A stretch of 63,013 nt of DNA, filler included, from Collodictyon triciliatum (GCA_043381765.1; 10 parts of 10 records of this genome joined end to end with filler, not necessarily neighbours in it); one strand, 5' to 3'. Shown: positions 25,757 to 40,747, counted from the whole stretch's first letter. Notes: generated by a model from the letters alone, not told the origin. Numbers and translations are program-made.

Positions 25757-27519
25757 TTAGCAGCAGGACGATGATTTGCCGACGGGCTCGGTGCTCTTTG
25801 TCAATCCGACGGTTGGCTGGTTGCCTCCCTTCACGGTTGTGTTGGCAACACTGTGGTGATGATATTGATGATGGTGATGATGATGATGATGAAGATGGTG
25901 ATGGTGGTGATGACGGTGACAGGTTTACGAACCGCTTCTTGATGTCAGTGGCCATGGTGATGAAGGCCTGCTCGACATTGGTGGAGTTCTTTGCAGAGGT
26001 CTCCAGGAAGGGGATGGACATGGAGGCGGCAAAGTCCTGCATCGCGTTTGGAGAGGTGGGGGAACGCATATTCGTATTCAGATGAGTCCATGTGGATACG
26101 CGCCATCGCGAAAACAGATTTAAAAAAAAAAAAGACAATGGAGAATTGCTGACGGGGTAATGGTGCATCACAGAGGAAAATGTTTCTGCGGGTGGATGAC
26201 ACAACAGGATATAAAATTGGCAATATATCACATGTATAGTCTTTTGCATTCGGCTGGGTGCTCTGAAAATGGCGGATAGAAAAGAGTACCTTTGCGGAGT
26301 TGTACTCAACAGCGCGCTTGGAAGTCAAGTCATTCTTGTTTCCAACAAGGAGTTTGTTGACGTTCTCGCTGGCATAGCGATCGATCTCCTGCAGCCATTG
26401 CTTGACGTTATTGAACGAGTCAGAGTCGGTCACGTCGTAGACAACGATGATTCCGTGGGCACCACGGTAGTAGCTGCTTGTGATTGTGCGGAAGCGCTCC
26501 TGTCCGGCGGTATCCCACTGCAACGCGACAATGATAGGATCAGTGTAGGGCAATGGTAGAGCCTCATTTAAATAATACAGAGAAAATGCTTCGTTGTCCT
26601 TGGCTCACTCTTGTGGCTCTGAGTATATATGTATGTTTATTTCCAACAAAAAAAGTGGAGTTGGCAGGCGTATGAGATATTACGATTTGAAGTTTCACGG
26701 TCTTGCCGTCGATTTCGATGGTGCGGATTTTCTGGTGGAGAATAAGAAGGGTATCAACATTTAAAAATTTTGAGGTTTCGGGCCTATTAGGACGACTAAG
26801 TTTCAAGGTAGGATATTGTGAGTGACATGACTGAGAGAAAGAGTTTCCTATTTAAAGGATGTTGCTATTCAGGTGTGCAAAGAAAGGTGGTTGTGGAATC
26901 CCATCTCAAAACAGCTCAATCATTGTGTTTAAACTTGGGTTAATATTAAAAAAAAACCATACAAAATCCACGCCGATGGTAGAAATGTAGCTGTCAGAGT
27001 ACGAGTCTTCCTACAGTTGACATGGTTGAGTCTGATAAATATGCATGTGAATCGGGTCTCGCTGGGCCACTTGTCTGACCAAATAGATCACGAAACATAA
27101 AAAAAGGGAGACAAATTTCACAAGATATACTCATATATCGCGACTGGCTGTTAAAACCCGGTCATAAGAGGATATTCACATACCACGAAACGGAGCAGAA
27201 GGCATGACTTTCCAACGCCAGAGTCACCAATCAGGAGGAGCTTGAAGAGATAGTCACTGTGAGGTGAATAGTTGTTCAGTTGGATGAGGTTAGAGTACTG
27301 GACTCGGAAATGAAGATATTGTATAATAAGACCAAAGTTGCAAGAATATAATTTTTTTTTCAACTAGGCCTTGCTAGAGAGGACATGCATCGATTAAAAT
27401 ACGTCAATATGGGCATCACAACTTTGTTCTTTAGAATTGTAACATGCTTCATACGAAGAAGGGAAGTATGGAAAGGTTCAAGTTGGTCAAGAGAATAGAA
27501 CTCACTATTCAGGGTTCAT
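25757..27519 (-). CDS. RAB1: Rab1/Ypt1 small GTPase, 7 exons, complete
   Basis: [68 protein letters not shown]-terminal CC. Confidence 0.97.
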
Positions 27520-27725
27520 GTTGTATCTGGGGAGCTACCTTAAGGTTACTCTAGGTCTGGAGTGCTAATTAAGTGTTAAAAACAAACAAAATAAAAAAAG
27601 GCATCCCTGAAAATTACACTTTTCTTCTCTTTTTCTAGTCGAGTATTGCCCCGTCTTCCTCAAAAGACCTCAAGATAGAAAGAGAGCTTTTGGACATGTC
27701 GCAGGAGTGAGAAAACGAAGAAAAA

Positions 27726-27770
<45 letters not shown>

Positions 27771-27901
27771 AAAAAAAAAAAACAGCAAAACAAAAACAAA
27801 ANNNNNNNNNNNNNNNNNNNNNNNNNNNNNNNNNNNNNNNNNNNNTTAATTAATTAANNNNNNNNNNNNNNNNNNNNNNNNNNNNNNNNNNNNNNNNNNN
27901 N

Positions 27902-30825
27902 TTCTGTGGATCATTTGGGTGTCTTCTTTTTAGCTCGCTCTGTCAACTGGCTCGCTGCTTTTGTGGGAATTGTAGCCTTTCTTGGATTCATCATCGCCAT
28001 TCTAGTTTTGGCCATCGCATACCTGCCTGTCTTCGTTTGCTTATGTAAGAACACACTTTCTCTCTCATATACTTTCTGTATTATTTTTTCTTCTTTTGTC
28101 CTCCTCTGCTCACCCACCACTTGTGAGACATAGCGGTAATTAACGGTTTATTCTACATGTATTTTGCTTTATTTTCCATTCGATTCTAATTTTTTTTCCC
28201 TTTATTCGATTCAAAGTCCATTCGATTCTAATTAATGTTGGATATATGATTCCATGGTCAAACAGATTTAGCTTACTTGATCTATGCCACCTTGTACAAT
28301 CTACCAAGCAACAAAGACGAAGATGAAACAGAGGAAGCTGAAGAAAAGAAGGAAACTGGAGAAAAGAAGGAAGCTGAAGAAAAGAAGGAAGCTGAAGAAA
28401 AGAAGGAAGCTGAAGAAAAGAAGGAAGCTGAAGAAAAGAAGAAAGCTGAAAAAAAGAAGGAAACAGAAGAAAATAAGACCGAAGAACATGAAACTCATGG
28501 AAATGATAAGATGAACAAGAATTCAAAGAGTACACCCAAGATTATTAGCAGAGTTAAATCCCAGTTGAAGACAGATGAATCCAAAGCCTATGAAGATAAA
28601 AATGAAAATCGCTCTCAGACTGAAACATCTAGCAGCATATTTGCCTTCGTCAAACGTATATTTCAAAAAGTTCAGAATCAGATTACCGAACAGTCTGATT
28701 TTATATATGGAAAAGATAGCGTGGTTATCAAAATTTTCTACAGCTCTTTGTTTGTCTTCTTACAATGGAGTTGGTTCATGACAAGCCCGCTGTGGTGGCT
28801 TGCATATGTTATTATGCAGAAATTGCGAGGTGAACAAAAGGTTTGTTTTATTCTCTATCTAACACAAATTGATATTTGTTTCACCTCTTTATATGATGCA
28901 TAAAGCCGTTCGTCGAAGTTGCTGTATATACAGAATTTTTTCGCAACCACAAAAAATTAAAAAAAAATTGGGCAATATTCAGCTATGCGAAACGCCTATG
29001 AATCTATCGATATACGCATACGCATACACATGTACATATTTATACTAGAACAAATATCTTTTCTGTCTACATTTCATTAGCTATCCAGCTTACGCACACT
29101 TGCACACAGCAGAAAGATTGTACCATCCACATCTATTCAACAGACAGGCAAATTTTATGAACACTTGCAAAAATGTCAAGTCTTTTGTGTGTCATAGGAA
29201 ATAATCAGCCAATTTAGCCTCTTATTAGACCCCTGCATAATGATACCAACTCTATCCATTACATAATACATGGTTGTATTAGTAATATGTAACACAGGTG
29301 ATGACTCTTGATCTTAGCCGCCCTGTAATATTTATACATATGGTTTTTATTTTCCAGGTACATCCACTCAAGAGACCCCATCGACGGAAGATACCCCGCT
29401 AAAGTCTTCACACTTTCGCCTTTTTGCACGAAAGCAGGATAATGACGCTGTTGTTTTCAACCTGAACAGCTTTGCACCAGAGAACACTCGAAATACCTTC
29501 TTTTTGATGGAGATCGAAATTCTTGCTGGTGAAAAGCTTGAGAAAGGTGTAGAGTCTGAGGGGGAAAACAAGAACTTGACTATTGGACTCTACTTCTATA
29601 TCGATAGGCACGGTGCACAAACGAGAATCACAAAACCTAACTTGATAACTTCGGATGAAAAATCCATTACTATGCAACAAGATTTTGCTGATAAGTGGAT
29701 GCACATGAACGTTGATTCTGTCGCCATCGTACTGAAGAAAGTCCGCATGATTTCAGTTAATTTTGGACAAACGCCATTTTCACTCTTCCAACCAAAGAAA
29801 TATCATGCTCTGGAGCATACCCGACTCATTCCATTTTCAAAGAATGCTTTGGACGTCACCAACGACGGAGTTATTGCATATCATGATAGTAATTCTAACG
29901 AAGAGCTGTTCTCTGTCGCAAATGGGCCGCTTCGCTTCTTTTCCTGTGGCCCTAACAGATATTCATTTGTAGTAAGACTCGCCCGTGTCCAGCTCACCGA
30001 AGATAAAGGTGTTTATTTGGGTCTTGTAATGAACCCAACAAACGGATCGGGGACCACAAAGGACTTCCTTTCTCTCTGCTATTTCTCTGTATCCCTGCAT
30101 ATTACGAGCCAAAAAGTTTCCCTGAAAACGTTTGCCCAAGGGTAAGGAAAGATCACAAAATGAGAAAACAATATGATTGAATATAGGTGTATCTGACCCA
30201 CTCATGAGCCTGCGTGTCAACGACGATATATTTTTTTTTTGATTTCCTTTGTCATCACCTTAAAACAGAAATCTCAATATTAACATGTTTTCTTTGTGCA
30301 CAAAGGCAAGAAATCAGGTTATCCAAGAACAAAACCCGCACTGCTGATATTCAATTGAACGGAAGCGACATTGACCACGTGATTTGCCTCTACGAACAAG
30401 ACAGCTGCGAGTTATCATTCTGGTTTGTCCTCAAGTGTAGTTTGGATGATGAACACAAGCAAGTGGTCAAGACAGAAACAATCAACATGTGCGATCTGCA
30501 TCCGTTCGTCTCGTTGAACACACCCGGAGACGCCGTCGAATTCATCCCGAACCCACTCGACTTTAAGATGTTCAGAGACGAGTTCAATGAGATGGAAGTT
30601 AGAAATCGCGATATCTCGTCGGATGGCAAACAGGAGGGCAGCCACCCGTCCAAATGGGAGAAGAAGGTATCTGTCGAGTGCGAGGGGGTTGGAGTCATTC
30701 TGGGCGAGCAGACCAGCCTCGAACTCCCGAACCAAGCCCATCATGACACCGCCGATACCCACACGAACAGCGGCTCCACCTCAAAGTCCGACGCCAAAAC
30801 CCCCCTTCTGAGTGCACAGCCGTGA
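27902..30825 (+). CDS. 5'-partial membrane protein with an E/K-rich repeat and a possible C-terminal SPRY-like beta domain; exons ~27902-28044, 28266-28829, 29358-30141, 30306-30825
   Basis: Phase-compatible exons and hydrophobic segments; LHPFVSLNTPGDAVEF recalls the end of a SPRY domain (weak). Confidence 0.65.
28191..28216 (+). mobile_element. Micro-retroposon copy 2 (poly(A) end on the minus strand) with an exact 16-bp TSD
   Basis: T7-CCCTTTATTCGATTCAAAG between two copies of tccattcgattctaat (28175-28190, 28217-28232). Confidence 0.8.
28330..28470 (+). repeat. 18-bp coding tandem repeat (AEEKKE)n
   Basis: gctgaagaaaagaaggaa units. Confidence 0.9.
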
Positions 30826-30943
30826 CCCGAATGCCCGTGGTCCGCGCCACCGGAGCCCCCGCGCCTCCGAAATAAACGAGCCACACGGCCGAGCCGCAAA
30901 AAAAACACGCGGGCACAAACGACACGGGCGGTGTTTTCACCCG

Positions 30944-31075
30944 TCCTTGGCGCTGCTGCCTTTGAACCGAAGAAAGGGAAAGATAAAACAATGAGTAATA
31001 ATCCCCGGCGCTGCTGCCTTTGAACCGAAGAAAGGGAAAGATAAAACAATGAGTAATAATCCCCGGCGCTGCTGC
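30944..31075 (+). mobile_element. 58-bp tandem duplication with structure TSD-element-TSD-element-TSD (micro-retroposon copies 3 and 4), directly upstream of the TRM61 ATG
   Basis: CTTTGAACCGAAGAAAGGG plus A-rich tail at 30960 and 31018; tcc(tt/cc)ggcgctgctgc at 30944, 31002 and 31060. Confidence 0.7.
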
Positions 31076-31080
31076 AGGGG

Positions 31081-33304
<2,224 letters not shown>

Positions 33305-33444
33305 CAGCGCTCGACACATCGCCCAATCTGTCTTCCAAGCTATAAAGACAAGAGCGCAAGGCAGCTCGCACGAGCCACGAGCAGAGGGTCTTGCATCTGA
33401 GGGTTTTATTGCCCGCCGCAATGGTTGTCTTCATGGGCACATCC

Positions 33445-33996
33445 TCAGTGCAAGGGTGGCGGAGGCGGTGGCGGCATCCCCATTGATGATGGAGGTGGAG
33501 GTGGTGGCAGATTGCCAGCAGGAGGTGGAGGAGGTGGTGGCATTCCTGATGATGGAGGTGGAGGCGGTGGCAGATTGCCAGCAGGAGGTGGAGGAGGTGG
33601 CAGATTGCCGGAAGGTGGCGGAGGCGGTGGCGGCATTCCTGATGATGGAGGTGGAGGCGGTGGCAGATTGCCGGAAGGTGGTGGAGGCGGTGGCGGCATT
33701 CCTGATGATGGGGGTGGCGGCATCCCCATTGATGGCGGAGGTGGTGGCGGCATATTGCCAGCGGGAGGCGGAGGCGGTGGTAGATTGCCAGCTGGGGGTG
33801 GAGGCGGTGGCAGATTGCCGGAAGGTGGCGGAGGTGGAGGCGGTGGAGATGCTGGCGAGGAGGCGGCTGAAGTGGCGCTGGTGGAGATGGAGGGTGGGCG
33901 AGCAGTTGGTGTGGTGTTTGCAGGGGTTTCGTCGCGTAGGGTGGTCACCTTGAATTCCTCCACGTATTCATGGGCGGGTGGGTGGAAGACGGCAAT
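33445..33996 (-). CDS. Terminal exon of an unknown gene ending in a long polyproline (FH1/WASP-like) tract
   Basis: CAG acceptor after a (ACTC)n repeat; ~13 proline runs; TGA followed by AATAAA about 35 nt downstream. Confidence 0.7.
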   Translation of the reverse strand: MAVFHPPAHEYVEEFKVTTLRDETPANTTPTARPPSISTSATSAASSPASPPPPPPPPSGNLPPPPPPAGNLPPPPPPAGNMPPPPPPSMGMPPPPSSGMPPPPPPPSGNLPPPPPPSSGMPPPPPPPSGNLPPPPPPAGNLPPPPPPSSGMPPPPPPPAGNLPPPPPPSSMGMPPPPPPPLH

Positions 33997-34003
33997 CTGA
34001 GGG

Positions 34004-34101
34004 TGAGTGAGTGAGTGAGTGAGTGAGTGAGTGAGTGAGTGAGTGAGTGAGTGAGTGAGTGAGTGAGTGAGTGAGTGAGTGAGTGAGTGAGTGAGTGAGT
34101 G
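34004..34101. repeat. (GAGT)n microsatellite
   Basis: Direct reading. Confidence 0.95.
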
Positions 34102-34903
34102 NNNNNNNNNNNNNNNNNNNNNNNNNNNNNNNNNNNNNNNNNNNNTTAATTAATTAANNNNNNNNNNNNNNNNNNNNNNNNNNNNNNNNNNNNNNNNNNN
34201 NCTAAAAAAAAGAAAAAGAAAAAATGGAGGATGAAAGAAAGAAAAAAGAAAAAAGAAAAAAGAAAAAAGAAAAAAGAAAAAAGAAAAAAGAAAAAAGAAA
34301 AAAGAAAAAAGAAAAAAGAAAAAAGAAAAAAAAGAGGGCATGTCCCTCACTAGCACAGCTTTCTGAGCCCACAAGCAGACGCCCCAAGTAGATTTATCGC
34401 CTTCGTGCCGACCGCGCTCCACTCCCAGTGGTTTTGCTCTTCTCGAGCGCGGTGTTTTCCTTGATTTGGTTAGACCAAGATGGGTGACAAAGCTGAAGAA
34501 TTATACTATTTATGGAATATATAATTTATAGTATATAAAGTTATATTGAAAAATTATCAAATCCATTATAATTAAAAAACTATGTAATGCAATCATATTA
34601 GATGTAATCAAAAACATTGCCGCATATAGAATGACTACTCTGTTGGTTTCGAATCACTCTCGATTAAGCCAATCCCTAGCCCAGCCAAGATCTTTTTTCT
34701 TTTTTTCTTTTTATTCACGACAGAAAATCATGGCATAAAGACATGAATACAGAGAGCTTCCTCACAAGCGAGACGAAAACCACAACAAAAAGCATATTAA
34801 AAAACACACCTCCGAAAACAGGAAAAAAAAGGCTCTGTGAACTGCAGCTCCAGTCGACAAAATGAGGCCACAAACTCAAAGAGGCCTTTCTACCCACATA
34901 GGC

Positions 34904-37737
34904 ATGAGCGGGTCCCACTTCTGCGTCACTTCTTCACTGCCGTCCGGTGCTCGGATCGGCCTTCTGAGACACCCGACACGGGAAATCACGCTCCAAACTC
35001 CCGCCTGGTTGGCTCCGTCCACACGCTGTGCTGTTCCTCATTTGGCTCCCGACACAACACCGCAGCTGATCAACGCTGTTTCGGCCAACATACATGACAT
35101 GTAAGTCTCTGCCGCGCTCTAAGTCTGCGTCGAATACATATGTCCTATATATATTGGGTCGGTGAAATATTTGGGCTTCTCAGGTTATATCAAGATACCA
35201 TCCAAATTACTGTGATGAAAATTATTCCAAATAAAAAAAAAGAAGCAAAAAAGCCACAGAATGCATACCCTTTATCATTATTTTCCCTTTGAAATTCAAC
35301 TCTAATGCTTTTTTTTGTGTCATTGATATTTGTGCACTGGATGGCCGTAGTTATTGAAAATGTGAAGCTGCGTTGATAATAGTTTTATTTATTTATATAT
35401 ATGTTTGATTTCTCTTGGATCATATATTCAGGTATGATCATCCAAAATGTACCGTCCTTTCGGAATTTAAGACTGCAAAAATGATGCAACAAACCGCCGA
35501 AAACTCAGAGGTCAAACTAGCAAGCGTGTGGCATGAATTTTTCAATGTCCCAAACAACCGATGGATATCTTTATGTGTTCGTGACGTGACTAATCCATCT
35601 ACATTTGATACTCAGGTTACTGTTAATATGATTGATACACGTATACAATATCTTTTCAAATATAAATCGATCAGTCTTGAAAATTTAATTTTTATTTGCA
35701 CTTACCTAACTAGTAAAAATATACATTCTTTCATATTTCTTGAATATAATCTCATTGATTTGTTTTCTAATATACAGCATGCCACATGTAATATACCTGT
35801 CTCCTTATTTTTATCAACACTTTAAAAGGTAGGAAACGAGTTCATTACAATTCAGTCTGCAGCGGGCCGAAAACAAGTATATCAAGTCATCTATATAATT
35901 TAAATAGAATTATTAAATGCTCTTCAAGAATACAAATCGATATGTCATTCATGCACATCTAGTTAACCTGCTCCCAATATATGGAGTTGATTAATCTAGT
36001 CAATCCTGATATCATTTTCATGATGAGCGACGAAGTATTTTATTTCTCATTACTTTTAGGATATTTATTGCTTTTATATTAGAATATGCAAACTTAACCA
36101 TGTAATTTAAACTACCTTTCGATTGCCACTAGGTTCCTGGAACTGCAAGTCTGAAACGTATCCAGAAATCAGTCGAAAGAACATCACAGCTTTTCAAATC
36201 TTGTATGAAATTGAGGACGACTACAGTATGTTATATTACCTTCACTAAACCAAAAACTACTTTCCTCTCCTAGCCCATATCTCCAATAGATGCTTTAATA
36301 TTTAGCACATTCTGTCCTAATGTTCTTGCCGAAAATTTTTAATAGGCAATATCATTCGGCGTGATACAGGGTGGAATCAATCCCGAGTTGAGAGAAAAGA
36401 GTCTGAAAGAAATTCTTGAATTGGACGTGCACGGTAATCCACTTTGATTTTTGGATAGAGTATATGATTATATCAAACATCACCATATGTAACTTACAAA
36501 CAAAAAAGAAAGAAAGAAGACATCCACTACAATCATATATTAATACTTGTAGGTATTACAATTGGAGGATTGGGCCTAGGAGAGTCAAACGCACAGCGTA
36601 ATGATGTTGTAGCTCATGTTTTAGTAAGGTCAATTCATAAAAAAAAAAAAACCCAGTGTTAATACTTTTTTTTTTCTTGAATCAATATGGTGAAACTAAA
36701 TACCAGAAAAGTGTGAAAATATCGCAAATATAAAAATTTGCTTATTGTCTTATTGTCTCCTTTTACTATTCGACAGAAACACATGCCCCTTGAAAAAATT
36801 CGTGCTGTTCAAGGAATCACAACTCCTGGTTTTTGAAAAATCAATTTAAACATCCTAATAATACCAATTCGATTCTCTCTTTTATCTTCTCCCCAATTGA
36901 ACCTTATTTAAGGATAAATCCTATCCGCAACCATTTACGTACAGTTGAAATAATGGAAGCAGTTAAGCTAGGGATTGATTTGTTTGATACAAAGTAGATT
37001 TTCCGATTCAATTTTGATAAAAAAAAATAAAAAAAAATAACAGACAAACAAACAAAAAAAAAAAAATAGATCGACTTTCTAGTTTTGCAAAGCCTTGCCT
37101 TAATTTTTATTCATTTTAATATCTACATTCTACCATTTATACCTTGCTAGTTATCCATATTTGATGACTGAAAATGGATGTGCTCTCACTTTTCCTGTGG
37201 TGTGTGGTCATAGCTATGACCCTGCTTACGATTACAACGGAGGATTCGTCAACTTAAACGATAAGAAATTCAGGTGCATATCACTTTAACGCGCAACAAC
37301 TGGCAAAATCCATATTTGCTACCGATTATTTTAGCTTTGGTTGAGGTGATTCTTCCCGCTGAGATATTTTTCTGACAAAAATTTTTTTATCATTATTTAT
37401 TTATTTATATTCAGATCAGACAAAAGACCTTTGGTCGATGGTTGTCCATGTTTTACATGCAAGAGACATACACGAGGCTACCTGCATCACCTTCTGAATA
37501 CACAAGAAATGCTCGTTGACACCCTCCTGAATATGTGGGCGTTTCCCTCAGTCATTTACAACAGAAGATTGCATTTAATTTTTAACCACCCTAAACACTA
37601 CTCCTAATCATACTTTCTCCTATCATAGACACAACGTCACACACACCATGTTGTTTTTTGAGAACATAAGAGAGGCTATCAAGTCTGGAATTTTGGATGC
37701 CTACTCTGAATTCATCAGGAGCATCTATGAATCTTGA
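34904..37737 (+). CDS. QTRT2: Queuine tRNA-ribosyltransferase accessory subunit, 12 exons
   Basis: ARIG..TP..VPHL, KSVERT, GVIQGG, GIDLFDTNYP, CPCFTCKRHTRGYLHHLLNTQEML..LLNIHN; lacks the catalytic DSGG motif. Confidence 0.9.
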
Positions 37738-38012
37738 ACGAGATGAAACCAAAATTTGGATAAATAAATCCACCAAAAATCAAGATATCAGATTATGGGG
37801 AAGGCTCATTAGCCAGTATTTCGTAGTTCGGTTGAATCATCTGCTCATTCAGCTGAAAAGACATCTTCATAACCAGAAACATCAGAATTGTACAAGGAAC
37901 AAAGGCCCCTACTGCCCGAAAGAACCCTGCAGCGAGAGGCTTGTAGAATAGCTGGAGCATAGAGATGGTGGGAAGTGCGACATGAATAATCTTAGGAGTA
38001 CATCCAAGGAAC

Positions 38013-38081
38013 TGGAATGAAAAGGAATGAAAAGGAATGAAAAGGAATGAAAAGGAATGAAGAGGAATGAAAAGGAATGAA
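38013..38081. repeat. (AAAAGGAATG)n minisatellite
   Basis: Direct reading. Confidence 0.9.
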
Positions 38082-38529
38082 ACAAACAGACAGCAGCAGC
38101 GACGGGTCTCACAGGTTCCACCGCTATGTGTCCTGCACTTTCAACCCTCATATGGTTATACATACCAAATAAGGAACCTATATCATAGGGGGTATTTAGG
38201 TATGGTACGATGTATTCCACACTAGGCAACTGCACCCAGCCGATCACATTTTTTTTTGCGCGGTTCTTGTTCTGTGTTTCTTAGTCCAGAAGAATGATGA
38301 GCGGGTTACATTCACAAGTGTGCGTGAATGACGGATCAGGCTGGCTGCCTGTGCAGAAGCGCTCATGTGATAACTGCTCGATGATTTGAGAGCCTGAGGT
38401 GGGATAGCAACAACTATGAGTATGGGAGTTGGTCATAGTGTTTTTTTTTGTCTTTTGTCTTTTTTGTCTTTTTTTTGTCTTTTTTTCTTTGTTTTTTTGT
38501 CTTTCTTTTGTCTTTTTTTGTTTTTTTTT

Positions 38530-38593
<64 letters not shown>

Positions 38594-39615
38594 TTTTTTG
38601 TTTTTTGTTTTTTGTTTTTTGGGATGCAAGGAGCTCGGTCAGAACTCAAGAAACATTATGTACACATATAAAAAACTCGTTTTCTCAACCCCTATTTTAT
38701 TTTAACGTAAAGCTTGCGATGAGATGTCACATGTCTGAAAATCTCAAGATAGGATGTCCAGAGGCAAATCCACTGGTTACCCTCTTTTCCTTTTCCTTTT
38801 CCTTTTCTTTTTCCTTTTTCCTTTTTTCCTTTTTCCTTTTTTCCTTTTTTCCTTTTTTCCTTTTTTCCTTTTTTCCTTTTTCCTTTTTCTTCTCTTTTTC
38901 TTCTCTCTTTTCTTTTTCTTTTTCTTTTTCTTTTTTTTTGCTCAATAATAATGTATGCTTGTGCTTAGTCACAATACGATGGAAATAATATTGGGTGCTG
39001 CACTGGCGATGCCCTCGTGACTGCGAAGCACGGATATGTATGATTTTGGTTTAGCTTACAACATATTCATATATACTCCATTTAGAACTACTAGTAATAT
39101 CCACACGCGAGTTATCATTTGAAGTAAAAAGTTTTTTCCATTATAAGTATGACTGGTTGTGTGAGAACATGTATATGCGCGCAATCCGGTTATATCCTCT
39201 CCTTATTGAATTTGCAAGGGGTGAATAGGATGTGTTATGTTTATACTGGTTACTTTGATTAAACACATCAGTTTGAAAGCAAAATACCACATAAAAGGGC
39301 AGAATTCACACCTACAATTAAAATCAATCTCTTTCGAAAATACGATAAGGATTACATGAGAACGAAAGTCTATCCATCAACATTATTCGTATCTGTCAAG
39401 ATGAAGTCATCACTCCCAATGGTACTGATGCATGTTAAAACAATCTTCATATATTCGCGTTGATAAATTCAAACTTCTCGGACCTATTCAAATGAAAGTA
39501 CCAAATGGTTTTTAACTTTTTTTTTCTGAGTATCACTCTTTCCTACATCAGAATCCTCCTAATTCTCTATATGTCTCTTGTGTACCCAACAACGTCATTT
39601 GATTATATAAAATAG

Positions 39616-40398
39616 ATTCTCCAAACCCGAGAAATGCATCAATCAATTTTTTGGAACATTATCGTGCCCAATTACAAGCAGCACACAGGACTAATGATTG
39701 GATTTCAAAGACACCTGTGGAAACCACTAATCAAATATTGCTTTGTGTCGAAAGAGAAAATAGTTTTGTCTCATTTTTTCTTTTCGATGAGGCTACAGAA
39801 CAATTAACCACTGTGGATGATATTTTCATTTCACTGAAGTTGGATGGGGATAATCCTATGAAATTCGTTGTCGACCATGCCAATGACTTTTCATTTATAA
39901 TCCGAATAATGGATAATAAAAAGCCTCGTTTGGTGATTTCTCTGAAAATGTGTGGTGGTGGCTCTGGGTCATCTCGACTAAAGTCTCGGTCAACTGTTAT
40001 CGTCATCAAGCAAGTGCAACAACCACCCGACTCCGATGCACAAAAGATCAAAAATAATACAGCCGTAAATGATTCAAATGAGGTATTCAAATCTCCGACC
40101 ACCAAAGCTAGCGTTTTCAATGAAATAGATCAGGAGAACCGCATCGTTGGTGTGCACTCCCCAAGGCCCATTTCTGTTATAAACAACCCAAAATCCATAA
40201 TTGAGAATGAGGTTTGTATTGCATGATACATTTATATGGGCTATGCTTATAATATAAAATAGCTTATTTACTAGGAGCTGTGTTCCTAAATTTCGTTCTT
40301 GCTTCAAAGGCTATCCTAGATTGGATTAATTTTCATCTGTCCAAGATTGACCTGAAGGCAAAAGATATGGAGACTGACCTCGAGGATGGCTTCATCCT
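39616..40398 (+). CDS. Partial gene: possible ubiquitin-like segment ending CGGG, linker, and start of a calponin-homology domain
   Basis: Exon 39616-40211 plus exon from ~40310 AILDWINFHLSKIDLKAKDMETDLEDGFIL (CH helix A to DLxDG). Confidence 0.65.
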
Positions 40399-40595
40399 NN
40401 NNNNNNNNNNNNNNNNNNNNNNNNNNNNNNNNNNNNNNNNNNTTAATTAATTAANNNNNNNNNNNNNNNNNNNNNNNNNNNNNNNNNNNNNNNNNNNNAA
40501 AAAAAGAAATAAAGAAAGAAATAAAGAAAGAAATAAAGAAAGAAATAAAGAAAGAAATAAAGAAAGAAATAAAGAAAGAAATAAAGAAAGAAATA

Positions 40596-40627
<32 letters not shown>

Positions 40628-40747
40628 AAAAAGAAATAAAAATGAAAGAAAAAAGAGGCAGCTACATAAGACGCATACACACGCAGCCTCCTCTTCTCGC
40701 TGCCACTAGCGCCAGAGAAACACAGAGTCAGAAGAAAGCCTCGAGCG

